64,000 nt of DNA, taken from assembly GCA_001804285.1 (NCBI GenBank), contig MHFR01000053.1:79857-143856 (forward strand), given 5' to 3'. The number at the start of each line of letters is the position of its first letter. The stretch's first letter is position 1. Shown piece after piece: positions 51,196-60,669 of this stretch. The position numbers and the translations under genes were made by a program. Source of the stretch: Candidatus Danuiimicrobium aquiferis (lineage in GTDB: Bacteria; Omnitrophota; Omnitrophia; Omnitrophales; Danuiimicrobiaceae). Below the pieces are notes generated by a model. It saw nothing but the letters and a program-made list of their open reading frames with translations, was not told where the DNA came from and made no database searches.

Positions 51196-53034
51196 CTACC
51201 GCGTCACCGCCCCCGCTTTTGCATTAATCACAATCGGCCGCCCGTCACTTTCAATAATCGAATCGGGGCCCAATGCGCTTTCCGGTTGCTGTAATCCGGC
51301 TTCAATTTCCTGCGCCGCAAGATCCATCAAAAGATCTCTCTCTTTTGTATTTCCTTCTTGTCCGGCAAGTTCTTGATTTTTTTCTTTGGTTAAATTCTTA
51401 TACCATTCTTTCTTTTTAACCTTCCAAATCGGCGCGGAAACATCTTCTTGTCGTTCTTTTTTATCCGGCACTGAAACAACACGCAAATCTGACGGATCCT
51501 TAATAATATGAGGCGTAATAAATACAACCAACTCCCTATCATTCATTTGTTTAGTACCCCGCTTAAACGCTCTTCCAATCACCGGAATATCGCCCAATCC
51601 GGGAACCTTGTGCTGCGCATTGGTTTGCGAACTCACAATCATTCCGCCAAAACATACGGTTTGACCGTTATTCACCATTAGATCCGTTACCACATTTCGC
51701 GCAGTCGGGTCTTTTCGGGTCGACACCAAATCAGATACAGCGGTTGTAATATGCGCTACCTCAACATGTAGCGTAATTCTGTTCTCCGTGTTGATCATAG
51801 GAATGACATAAAGCAGTGTTCCCGTTAACTGCCTTTCGGCTGTTGTTGCTTGACTAGTTGCTTGTGTGCCCACAGTCACAGTCACATTTTGCTCTCCAAT
51901 CGTTTCGGAATTTGCAACAGCAATCAGGGCATAATTATTGTCGCGAACCAAAACTTTAGGCTTCGCAATAATCTTAAGTTTGGACGCCACTTGCAAAGCT
52001 TTCAAAGTTGCCGTCAGATTTGTAAAGGATAACGATCCGGGAGTATACGTATTTGAAACTGCCGTTTCGGTCTTCGTTCCAAACCATTCATCTTTCCCTA
52101 AAAACTGCGGGCCTTTAATATTAAATGGAAACCGTTCCGTTGAGGTTCCCCCCGTTAATATGCCCCATGTGCCTTGTGTTGTCGACTTAGTCCATTCAAT
52201 ACCAAAATAATCTTCAAGAGCAGAAAGAGTTTCAACAATCACTGCTTCCATATAAATTTGTTCGACCGGTTGATCTAACGAAACGATTGCCTCTTCAATC
52301 ATTTTTAATCTTTCTTCTGTATCTGTGATGACCAAGCTATTGGATCGATTGTCCACTTGAAGTTTTCCCCGATCAGATAAAATATTTTTAACGATTTTGA
52401 AAAGGGGCATTTCGTCCACTCTTGTATGTTCGATGGTACTTAATAATGACTTGCCGCTACTGCCGCCTCCTGTAATTTCAAATTTATCTAAACGTTCCGG
52501 TTCAGAAACAAGAATATAGTAAAGTTTAAATACTTTTGTGATCAGCGACGGCTGATCTTCTGTTATAACAGAACCACGGAAAACATAAAGGTTCCGATCG
52601 GGATAAAAATCATAAATGACATTCGCACCGCGTGAAATTGCATCGAGCGCATCTTCGAGCGTAACTTTATCAAGTACCATGTTCAATCTGCGCTCAGCCA
52701 CTTCTTTCCCGGCGATAAAATTAATACCGGTTAACTGTGAAAGGGAATGAACTACATTTAAAAGTGTTGCACCTCTAGATTCCACGCCGACTTTCCCTTC
52801 CGCCATGGGAACGGCAGTCACTTCATCTTGAAAAGAATCTATTTGAGACTTTTCGGACTTCTGTGACACGGATGATGCTGCCTCGAGAGGAGCTGGCACG
52901 GGTGGCTCTACCGGAGCAGATTGGATCTCTTGAGGGGGTTGTTCTTCTGTCAAAACGGATTCAGCAGACAGAGAATCAGACAAACAAAATAAAACCAGAA
53001 AAAAACTCAACACTACAATTATTTTTATCCGCAT
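51196..53034 (-). CDS. pilQ: Type IV pilus secretin PilQ
   Basis: Signal peptide, N-domains, and a C-terminal secretin domain ending ...ELVVFITPHIIKDP. Confidence 0.85.
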   Translation of the reverse strand: MRIKIIVVLSFFLVLFCLSDSLSAESVLTEEQPPQEIQSAPVEPPVPAPLEAASSVSQKSEKSQIDSFQDEVTAVPMAEGKVGVESRGATLLNVVHSLSQLTGINFIAGKEVAERRLNMVLDKVTLEDALDAISRGANVIYDFYPDRNLYVFRGSVITEDQPSLITKVFKLYYILVSEPERLDKFEITGGGSSGKSLLSTIEHTRVDEMPLFKIVKNILSDRGKLQVDNRSNSLVITDTEERLKMIEEAIVSLDQPVEQIYMEAVIVETLSALEDYFGIEWTKSTTQGTWGILTGGTSTERFPFNIKGPQFLGKDEWFGTKTETAVSNTYTPGSLSFTNLTATLKALQVASKLKIIAKPKVLVRDNNYALIAVANSETIGEQNVTVTVGTQATSQATTAERQLTGTLLYVIPMINTENRITLHVEVAHITTAVSDLVSTRKDPTARNVVTDLMVNNGQTVCFGGMIVSSQTNAQHKVPGLGDIPVIGRAFKRGTKQMNDRELVVFITPHIIKDPSDLRVVSVPDKKERQEDVSAPIWKVKKKEWYKNLTKEKNQELAGQEGNTKERDLLMDLAAQEIEAGLQQPESALGPDSIIESDGRPIVINAKAGAVTR

Positions 53035-53076
53035 AATGATTCCTTTTATCGTACCCTTTCTTGCTCCTTTACTTCA

Positions 53077-53637
53077 TCACTTTGTTACCTTCGCAGTCGC
53101 CGCATCCAATTCAAAAAGGCGAAGGGTTTCGCTTACTCCATTTATTATAATATCGACTTCATTCTTACGAATTTGAGTAACAATAATGCCATTCTTTTCT
53201 TCATTCTTACTGTAAATTTCTCCGTTAATAATCGCCTTCGCCCCTTTGTTGGACATGCTGACGCCCTCAAGAACTGCGCTGGATGCGGATTTTACTCTTT
53301 TCTCGCTTTTCACCTCAACCGGAATGGGAGCCGTTGGTAGGTTCGATTCAAAAGGATCGCGAATTTGATCCAATTGATCTGCCGGTTGATTTGGAACTGC
53401 CGTTTTTTCTTTAGATTCGGGTGAAAGCAGAGGTTTCGCGATTGATGTTTGTTCCGATAGCGGCGGTTGTTCCAATGTTTCCGGAAGCTTTGTTTCGTCA
53501 GAAGATTGACTATAGAGAAGGGGCGCAAAAAGGAAGAAAAAAAGAATAGCGTAGAGTGTGTAGCGTATAGCGCAGAGCGTAGAGCCTTTGTGTCTATTTA
53601 GCGTTTTGAAGTGGCGAACACGCCATGTTCGTGTCAT
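53077..53637 (-). CDS. PilP-like pilus assembly lipoprotein. The start is uncertain.
   Basis: C-terminal beta domain NKGAKAIINGEIYSKNEEKNGIIVTQI...ETLRLFEL. The track ORF 53077..53808 extends through MITE sequence, and the first plausible Met is at 53637. Confidence 0.45.
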   Translation of the reverse strand: MTRTWRVRHFKTLNRHKGSTLCAIRYTLYAILFFFLFAPLLYSQSSDETKLPETLEQPPLSEQTSIAKPLLSPESKEKTAVPNQPADQLDQIRDPFESNLPTAPIPVEVKSEKRVKSASSAVLEGVSMSNKGAKAIINGEIYSKNEEKNGIIVTQIRKNEVDIIINGVSETLRLFELDAATAKVTK

Positions 53638-53697
53638 GCCCGCATGCTTAAAGCGGGCATCCACAGTTTCTGGATTCCCGCTTTCGCGGGAATGACA
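53596..53697. repeat. 75-nt repeat (TTTAGCGTTTTGAAGTGGCGAACACGCCATGTTCGTGTCATGCCCGCATGCTTAAAGCGGGCATCCACAGTTTCTGGA) plus ATTCCCGCTTTCGCGGGAATGAC
   Basis: Near-identical to 32255..32328. Confidence 0.8.
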
Positions 53698-53821
53698 AAA
53701 AAACAGATGCTCTTTTACAGATAATCGCTTCAAAGCGCTAAACAAATACGAGCGTTTAGCGTGTAGCGTATATTGAATTTTATTGGTCATGTAAATATTT
53801 TTTGCCATTGAGAAGGTTGCG

Positions 53822-54364
53822 TTAGCCCTTTTTCAGGTATGTCTGCACCGCAATTTTTACCTGCGGCAGAACCTCGCTATCAGAATTCTCTCGAGTTCTG
53901 ATAGCACTAAAATTCATAATAAAAGAATTCACAGAAATATCCGGGCGTTCTTTTTCCAAAATCGAAAAGAATTTCAAGATATTGCGAAATTCGCTTTTCG
54001 CATTTATCTCCATTGATAAAACATCATATTGTTCTTCCGATCTGATCGACGGAGTTAAAGAATCCATATCGATTCCGCTCTGATTGACGTATTTCGTCAC
54101 TTCTCCCATAATCGCATGCCGATCCGCCTTGCCGGATAATTGTTTTGCAAGAATTTCCCGCTGTTTTTTTATTTGGTTAATTTCGAAAATAAGATCGGAT
54201 CTTTCTTTCGCTGTTTTTGCGGTATATTTATAGGATTGGATTTGAATAAGCGCCGGCTGAACGAAGCCCAAATAGCCCACGATCACTAACCCTGCCGCCA
54301 AGCCGGCATAAATTGCTTTTACTTTTTGCGATTCTTTAAGATTATTTAAATCTGTCAGCTGCAT
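53822..54364 (-). CDS. pilO: Pilus assembly protein PilO
   Basis: N-terminal TM helix, coiled coil and a periplasmic domain, in the operon position after pilN. Confidence 0.65.
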   Translation of the reverse strand: MQLTDLNNLKESQKVKAIYAGLAAGLVIVGYLGFVQPALIQIQSYKYTAKTAKERSDLIFEINQIKKQREILAKQLSGKADRHAIMGEVTKYVNQSGIDMDSLTPSIRSEEQYDVLSMEINAKSEFRNILKFFSILEKERPDISVNSFIMNFSAIRTRENSDSEVLPQVKIAVQTYLKKG

Positions 54365-55911
54365 AAAATATAAAATTGTGAGGCATCCCGCCCCATTAAT
54401 TTCTGTCGCTTCACTTCTTCGAGCGAAATCGATTTAAAACTTGCAGAAAATCTTTTCATGGCATTCAGATCTTTAACCCATTGATTAATTTCCTGAACTT
54501 CTTTTTCCGCATCTGCAAGATAACAATAACCGCGAATTTCAAATTTCAATTTTCCTCCTTCATTCTGTCTTTCGCCCCCCATCCGAGAAAACCGCTGTCC
54601 GTCGCGTCCCGTCCCATATGAAACATCTTCAATCCAGACGGATTTGGGCATCGCACTGACAAGTTCAAAAAGAATCTCTTTCATTGACACGCTTTTTCCG
54701 GACACCTGTTTAAGCTGATTGAGCCCGGTTTCAAGTTCGGATTTGAGCGCACTCAACGCAGCCGGCGCTTTTTGAGCGAGCTCCATATCTGCGCGCGCTT
54801 CAGGACTCAATTGGTTGACCGCTTCCTGCTTGGCACGATTTAAATAAGGCTGGAGTCCCACGAAATAGACCGCAAGAAAGAACAGAACAATTCCAAATAG
54901 TTCCGATAGTACCACTTTTTTTATTTTCGCGGGATCAATCTGGCGATCGGCAACGGGAAGCAATTGAAAATCACCCAAGGGGGATTCGTAACCAAGATTG
55001 AGCAAAGCAAGCCCGATCGGGACAATTAAGGCGCCTAATACATTTTTGGGAATATTTTGTTCGGCGGGAAAACCAGCCAACAAAATTTCGGCTTGTTTTC
55101 CAAATACACCGGTTAGAAAATTATTCCAAAAAATGAGGTCGCCGTTCCCGACTAAAAATATTTGATCAATTTTCGCTTGGCCCGATTTATTAAATAAGAA
55201 ATCAAGGGATGCTTTCACTTCCTGAAAAAACCGGGTTTCATTCGCCACTTGGTCATCCGAAAGGAAAAAATCCCGGCAAAGGAAAACGGTCCCTTGGGAC
55301 GCAAGTGTAATATTCACGCTTCCATCCGCATCGATCAGAATAAAACCGTATGTCTTATTCTTCAAATCCTTTTCAACAACCCCGAGAGTCCGCGCAATCG
55401 AACAAAAAACAGGCTCTACCATGTAAACACCGGCTGTTCCTTTCCGCAGGTGCCCAAGATGAGAATAAAGCACCTCTTGCTTGACCGCCGTATAAGTCAC
55501 CCAGAGAGATTTTCCCTCATTCGGAAGATCGTGATATTCAACATGAAAGTCAGAAAACGATTCATCCAGCTTGTATGGCACATAACGGCGAGCTTCGAAC
55601 CGGATCGCTTCATCCCACTCACGGCGTGGAATGACGGGCATTTTAAAAAATCGGGTGGCAAAATGTCCGGAACTGATTGAAGCATTTAAATAGGCGTGAC
55701 GGATTCCCATTTTAAGAAGGGCTCGTTCAACCGCTTGAGATTCGGGAGTCGTCTGCCTCTTTGCGGCTGGCCTTGCGTGCTGTCCTTCGCTCTCATCAAT
55801 AATGATGGGCTCTATTGCAAACTGTTTAAGCTGAAGCGCTCCTTTAAGACGCACAACACAAGCGGCAATAACTTCTTTCCGCCCGATGTAAATTCCAACA
55901 CCTTTTTCCAT
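54355..55911 (-). CDS. Fused PilM (actin-like ATPase) and PilN protein
   Basis: The N-terminal ~340 aa has the PilM pattern. A TM helix VVLSELFGIVLFFLAVYFVGL and a PilN-like periplasmic domain follow. The likely start is MEKGVGIYIG at 55911 rather than the track's 55983. Confidence 0.7.
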   Translation of the reverse strand: MEKGVGIYIGRKEVIAACVVRLKGALQLKQFAIEPIIIDESEGQHARPAAKRQTTPESQAVERALLKMGIRHAYLNASISSGHFATRFFKMPVIPRREWDEAIRFEARRYVPYKLDESFSDFHVEYHDLPNEGKSLWVTYTAVKQEVLYSHLGHLRKGTAGVYMVEPVFCSIARTLGVVEKDLKNKTYGFILIDADGSVNITLASQGTVFLCRDFFLSDDQVANETRFFQEVKASLDFLFNKSGQAKIDQIFLVGNGDLIFWNNFLTGVFGKQAEILLAGFPAEQNIPKNVLGALIVPIGLALLNLGYESPLGDFQLLPVADRQIDPAKIKKVVLSELFGIVLFFLAVYFVGLQPYLNRAKQEAVNQLSPEARADMELAQKAPAALSALKSELETGLNQLKQVSGKSVSMKEILFELVSAMPKSVWIEDVSYGTGRDGQRFSRMGGERQNEGGKLKFEIRGYCYLADAEKEVQEINQWVKDLNAMKRFSASFKSISLEEVKRQKLMGRDASQFYILCS

Positions 55912-56027
55912 TATTCGACTCCTTAATCCCGGGCTAAGAACATAAGAGCACAAGCGCACAGGAACACAAGTTTGAAATTTCATCTCTTGTGCACATGTGC
56001 ACTTGTGCTCTTGTGCACTTTATGAAT

Positions 56028-57515
56028 TTATAAACCCAGATAAATGGCGTCTCCGGAATTCACCCGTTCTAAAACATCTTCACTGATGATCGAAGCGGCT
56101 GATAGTGTTTGATAAACCCGCTCAATTTTTCCGGTTCCGAGCAACTTTCCATTCTGATAAATTTCCACTGTCCGGCCGATTTGAGCACCGTTACTCGGCC
56201 CGATATTGACGATCACAAACCGATGCCAACGGTTCACAAGCATCACTTTTCCGTCCGAAACGCCTGTTTTAACAGAAGCTTTTATGGCCGAAACTTCTCG
56301 CCTTGTGCTGCCACTCGCTGTCGCTATGGGTTCGACCCGTTTCTGATCGACCGGCACCTGACTGGCCAAAGGCTGAGTTTTTGAATATCCGCGCGTTTGA
56401 GAGATTCCACCCTCAAGCAACTTCCGGATCGACTCAAGATTGGATTCAAATGTCTTAATCAAATCATCCCTCATGGCAATCACATTTCTCATCGATGCCA
56501 CTTGATCCTCATACACTTTGGCGACGCGTGCGAGCTCTTGCCGATGACCGTCCTGAATCGTATCGATCATGTCTCCCCTTGCTTTAGCCACCTCAAGATC
56601 GGTGAGCAGACGGTTCATTTCAATTTTGTTTTGATCAAGTTCCTTTTTGAAATTCCCGATTTCCATTTCAAGATCGCTTTTCGCTTGCCTGAATTCACTC
56701 AGTTGCGCTCTATCCTGCTTCCTTAAAGTCATCTCCCGATAAAACAACTGTCCTAGCGCCAGAGCAATCACGGCTACAAAGACTAAAAAAACGATTGTTA
56801 AATTTGGAATTTTTGCTTTTCCTAAAGTTTCTATTGGTTTCATAAAAACACTCGATAATTTCGCTGCCGGTTGCCCAACATCCGGTTGTGGAACCGATTC
56901 TGTTGGTTGAATGATTTCTTTATAGATTGATTCGTTTTGTGATTTTTTAAAAATGTTTGGAATGCCAAATTGAATCTTAGGCAAACCAAAATTGATCTTT
57001 GGCATATTAAACTTTATCTTCGGTAAAATCGGCATCTTGAATTTTATTTTGGGAACATGAAAACGAACCGCCGGAAGATGCAGCTTGAAAGTCGGAATAG
57101 CAAACGCAAATCTCGGGAAATTAAACTTAAGCACAGGAACATTAAACGTAAATTTCGGAAAGCTAAACTTAATTTTCGGCAGCACAAAACGGATCTTTGG
57201 GAAACTAAACCGGATTCTAATCCTTGTCCACCCTTTAAGGCCTTCCCAAACCCGCTCAACCGACTCACTGATATTCCGAACCAATCTACTTCCGTCAAAA
57301 TCCAAATCAAACCTGCGAATCGCATAAATCTGTTTCTCAACCCACTTCATTTCTTTCGAGCTTTTTAAACGCGCAGGCAAAATCAATATTTTTTCGGCAA
57401 AATACGGCGCCCTTTTAACCGGTTTGGCTTCCTCTTTTTCCACGATCTTAATCGGGGAAATGTCCGGATCTTTAATCTCAAGTTCTGGCCATGCTGTTTC
57501 AGCTAACTGTACCAT
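56028..57515 (-). CDS. Hypothetical protein with about 14 tandem P-K-(I/F)-K-F hexapeptide-like repeats, a TM helix, a coiled coil and a C-terminal beta-barrel-like domain
   Basis: Translation is FSFPKIRFVLPKIKFSFPKFTFNVPVLKFNFPRFAFAIPTFKLHLPAVRFHVPKIKFKMPILPKIKFNMPKINFGLPKIQFGIPNIF, then TM helix IVFLVFVAVIALALGQLF, then a coiled coil. Confidence 0.6.
   Translation of the reverse strand: MVQLAETAWPELEIKDPDISPIKIVEKEEAKPVKRAPYFAEKILILPARLKSSKEMKWVEKQIYAIRRFDLDFDGSRLVRNISESVERVWEGLKGWTRIRIRFSFPKIRFVLPKIKFSFPKFTFNVPVLKFNFPRFAFAIPTFKLHLPAVRFHVPKIKFKMPILPKIKFNMPKINFGLPKIQFGIPNIFKKSQNESIYKEIIQPTESVPQPDVGQPAAKLSSVFMKPIETLGKAKIPNLTIVFLVFVAVIALALGQLFYREMTLRKQDRAQLSEFRQAKSDLEMEIGNFKKELDQNKIEMNRLLTDLEVAKARGDMIDTIQDGHRQELARVAKVYEDQVASMRNVIAMRDDLIKTFESNLESIRKLLEGGISQTRGYSKTQPLASQVPVDQKRVEPIATASGSTRREVSAIKASVKTGVSDGKVMLVNRWHRFVIVNIGPSNGAQIGRTVEIYQNGKLLGTGKIERVYQTLSAASIISEDVLERVNSGDAIYLGL
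56945..57230. repeat. Nucleotide tandem repeats encoding the PK(I/F)KF units
   Basis: Reiterated aaa(t/c)tt..gg(c/a)a..aaaa motifs on the plus strand. Confidence 0.6.
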
Positions 57516-57518
57516 GGG

Positions 57519-58286
57519 TTACTCCGTTTCGCTTGCAATCGTCGTAATTTGGTTTTTACCTGATTTTCTGGCTTTCTCCAAGGCGCGATCAAGAGAACTC
57601 AGTACATCTTCTTTTCGGCGATGGATTGCAGAATCAAAACCAACCAGGCCTATACTAACGGTAATCTTAATTTCCCTTCCTTCGATCCGGAAGATTTTCT
57701 TTTCAATCGAATAACGAATCCGTTCCGCCACCACGCGCGCGGAATTCACAGCTGTCTCAGGTAAAATAGCAACCAGCTGATCATCGCCTTTACGGATAAT
57801 AATATCGACTCCCCGCATGCTTTCCTTTAAGAATTGATTCATTTCCTGCGCCAAAACTTCTGATGTAATCTCACCGTATTCTTTCTTGACATCCGAAAAA
57901 CCATCGATTCCCGCGAGCAGAAATGAAAGCGGCCTTCGATAACGCCGGGAACGATCGCATTCCTCCGTAAGCCGTGAACAAAGAAGTCTCTCATTATAAA
58001 CATGTGTTTGCGAATCAATGGCAAGGCATGAATCAAGGGCTTCTTTCGCTTTCTTGAGCTCGTAAGACTGCATAAACACTTCCCGATTCAATCGATCCCG
58101 TTCGCCAATGAGATTGCTCGCGTAAAACCCTCCCCATCCACAAATAGAGATCCCGATCACAAAAATCAATTGATGAAAAGGAGTGTGAATAAAAAATGGC
58201 AGTATCACCACCGGTGAAAATATCACGGCTGAAAACAATATTCCCCTGCTAATTTTTTTAATATCCATAGAAGATGACCCTATCAA
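57519..58286 (-). CDS. Membrane-anchored GGDEF-domain protein with a degenerate active-site motif (RKGDDQL instead of RxGGEEF)
   Basis: GGDEF fold pattern (LFLLAGIDGF...YGE..S.EVL...VDIIIRKGDDQLVAILPET...ITVSIGL...ALEKARKSGKNQ). The signature has G-D-D-Q-L. Confidence 0.7.
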   Translation of the reverse strand: MIGSSSMDIKKISRGILFSAVIFSPVVILPFFIHTPFHQLIFVIGISICGWGGFYASNLIGERDRLNREVFMQSYELKKAKEALDSCLAIDSQTHVYNERLLCSRLTEECDRSRRYRRPLSFLLAGIDGFSDVKKEYGEITSEVLAQEMNQFLKESMRGVDIIIRKGDDQLVAILPETAVNSARVVAERIRYSIEKKIFRIEGREIKITVSIGLVGFDSAIHRRKEDVLSSLDRALEKARKSGKNQITTIASETE

Positions 58287-59416
58287 GGTATCGGCGGAAG
58301 ATTAAATTTTATTGAGCAGATTAATTTCGGCCCAGAAGTTCCGCGAATTGGCTCACGATCCAGCCTTAATTGCCCGCACGCGGCGTTAATATCGCGGCCG
58401 GCAGTTTGGCGGACAGTGACGCGAACACCTTTTTTCTCGAGTAAAGCGCAGAAGGTTTTAACTTGCGCAGGCGTCGGGCTTTGATAATCTGCTTCACGCA
58501 CAGGATTATAAGGGATGATATTGACCTTGGCGTGAATCCGGTTGGCCAGCCGGGCAAGTCCGGAAGCAGCCTCCGGGGAATTATTCATCCCTTGAATTAA
58601 CGTATACTCAAAGGTAATTTCCCTTTTTAATTTTCTATACAACTGCTCCAAAGCACTCATTAAATCATCAAGATTATATCTTTTATTGATGGGAACTAAT
58701 TCGTTGCGCACGGTTTGCTGACTCGAGTGAAGAGATATCGAAAGCCGGACCCGACCGTCAACGTCTTTTACAAATTGTTCGATTTTTGGAATAATGCCGC
58801 AGGTTGAAACGGTAATCCGCCTACCGCCCAGGCCAAAGCCCCAGTCTGCCATTAAAATTTTAATGGCGCGAAGCGTTGCATCATAGTTATCAAGCGGCTC
58901 TCCCATCCCCATAAATACCACGTTGGTAATGGCCTGTAGGGAACGGTCGCGACCGTTCCCTACTTCCAATGGCGACAATGTCCGCGCCACCCGGGATACC
59001 TGCTCGATGATCTCGCCCGCCGTCAAATTTCTCACAAATTTTCCCATTCCGCTGGCGCAGAAACTACATTTCATCTTACAACCGAGTTGCGTAGAAACAC
59101 AAACCGTATTCCTCCCGCCCTGAACAATTAAAACGCTCTCGAGAAAATGTCCGTCCTGCGTCTCAAAAAGATATTTTTGCGAACTTTGATCGTTCGATTT
59201 GGGAGTTTCGCGAAGTTTGAGAACACTCACAAGGGAAGATTCTGACAACTTTCCGAGTAACTTTTTCGGAAGATTTTTCATCTCTCCAAACTCTGTTATA
59301 TGCTTTTGATGGAGCCAATTCAAAATTTGGCGGGCCCTGTAGGTAGGAAAACTCCACGATTTAAGAAGTGTTTCGAGCTCAGTTAGATTGATTGACCGGA
59401 GTTGGGATTGCATCAC
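58283..59416 (-). CDS. rlmN: 23S rRNA/tRNA m2A methyltransferase RlmN (radical SAM)
   Basis: CVSTQLGCKMKCSFCASG, plus C-terminal Cys residues typical of RlmN/Cfr. Confidence 0.85.
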   Translation of the reverse strand: MMQSQLRSINLTELETLLKSWSFPTYRARQILNWLHQKHITEFGEMKNLPKKLLGKLSESSLVSVLKLRETPKSNDQSSQKYLFETQDGHFLESVLIVQGGRNTVCVSTQLGCKMKCSFCASGMGKFVRNLTAGEIIEQVSRVARTLSPLEVGNGRDRSLQAITNVVFMGMGEPLDNYDATLRAIKILMADWGFGLGGRRITVSTCGIIPKIEQFVKDVDGRVRLSISLHSSQQTVRNELVPINKRYNLDDLMSALEQLYRKLKREITFEYTLIQGMNNSPEAASGLARLANRIHAKVNIIPYNPVREADYQSPTPAQVKTFCALLEKKGVRVTVRQTAGRDINAACGQLRLDREPIRGTSGPKLICSIKFNLPPIP

Positions 59417-59511
59417 TGTCTTGAGTAAGATAAGTTAAGTAGGCAGTATGCAGAAAGCGGTAGGCTTTCTTTGCTTCACTGCTTACTGCCATCTGCCGAC
59501 GGCTTACCTGG

Positions 59512-60477
59512 TTAATACCATTTCTTGATTTTCATCCAAATCATCAGAATCGCGGATATCGCTATCATAAGTCCGATGGAAAAATGAAAACCATATTTCC
59601 ATTCGAGATGGGGAATATATTTAAAATTCATCCCGTAAACACTTGCGATGGCAACACTTGGAATAGAAACCGTGGCGATGACCGTCATGGTTTTGATCGC
59701 TTTATTGAGTTGATAAGAAACATGCGAAAAGTAGACCTGAAGAATTCCATTTAAAAGCCCGTTCAATTCTTCAGCCATTTGATAATATTTGAACAAGTGA
59801 TCATAAATATCGCGATAATAAGCCAGATTTTGCGGCCTCACAAATGTCCACGCACTTCGTGAAAGTTGTGCCATTTTATCCCGTTGCGGACCAATAATGC
59901 GCTTCAGATAAAGGACTCCTTTTTGAATATCCAATATTTGCTGAAGCACTTGTTCTCCCGCCCCTTTAAAAATGGTATCTTCGATCTCGTCAAGCCTTCG
60001 ATCTTGTTCTGTAATAACCGGGAGATATTTATCCACCAGCCGGTCGAGAATCGCATGGACAAGCATATCAAGCCCTTCCGACATCGGACCTCCGGCTTTT
60101 TTCTCAACCAAATTTCTGACTTCTGCGACACTTGCAATCGGATTCTTATGAAATGTCACCACGTAATTCTTATTAATAAAAACGTTCAATTCCTTCGTCT
60201 TGAGTTCTGCCGATGAACCCACATCAATCGCGTGAACCACCATAAATAAATATTCATCATATTCATCAATTTTGGGTTCACTGTGGTCGTTAATGCAATC
60301 TTCGATCGAAAGCGGATGGAAATTAAAAAGTTCGATGAGTATTTCAGTCTCAAACTCAGTAGGGTCTTCAAGATCAACCCAGATAAAAGAATCTTTTTCC
60401 CACAATGTTTTGGCGAGGTCTTGCCGTGAAATATTTTGAAGTAATTTATCCTGGCGGTAAACAAAATTTGTAATCAT
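59512..60477 (-). CDS. corA: Magnesium/cobalt transporter CorA
   Basis: Two C-terminal TM helices with the YGMNF motif. Confidence 0.85.
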   Translation of the reverse strand: MITNFVYRQDKLLQNISRQDLAKTLWEKDSFIWVDLEDPTEFETEILIELFNFHPLSIEDCINDHSEPKIDEYDEYLFMVVHAIDVGSSAELKTKELNVFINKNYVVTFHKNPIASVAEVRNLVEKKAGGPMSEGLDMLVHAILDRLVDKYLPVITEQDRRLDEIEDTIFKGAGEQVLQQILDIQKGVLYLKRIIGPQRDKMAQLSRSAWTFVRPQNLAYYRDIYDHLFKYYQMAEELNGLLNGILQVYFSHVSYQLNKAIKTMTVIATVSIPSVAIASVYGMNFKYIPHLEWKYGFHFSIGLMIAISAILMIWMKIKKWY

Positions 60478-60669
60478 AAAATTTTTTTCTTTCCCTCTTA
60501 AAAAATATTTTTTACCCCTGTTACCATTGCGACCTCAAAACGCTTCTTGAAATTGTTGGCCACTCGATATGCTTTCGAGCTGTGCTTTATAGGAAACGGA
60601 AAAATTTGAAAATAACGGGTTTTTTCATCATTTACCTTATGATACTTTAATTAACTCAAAAATGATTTT

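Noticed and set aside
53637-53808. N-terminal 57 residues of track ORF 53077..53808, and likewise the N-termini of 27326..28492 and 32398..34092, plus small ORFs 20687..20890, 32271..32477 and 33797..34165
   Set aside because: These are encoded entirely by palindromic repeat elements. The peptide KKGTGSDS.EPVPFF recurs because element A is stop-free in that frame. They are not independent genes.
59417-59511. Hairpin GCAAAGAAAGCC-TACC-GCTTTCTGC downstream of corA as a terminator
   Set aside because: The stem is imperfect and no T-run follows on the minus strand, so it was not called.
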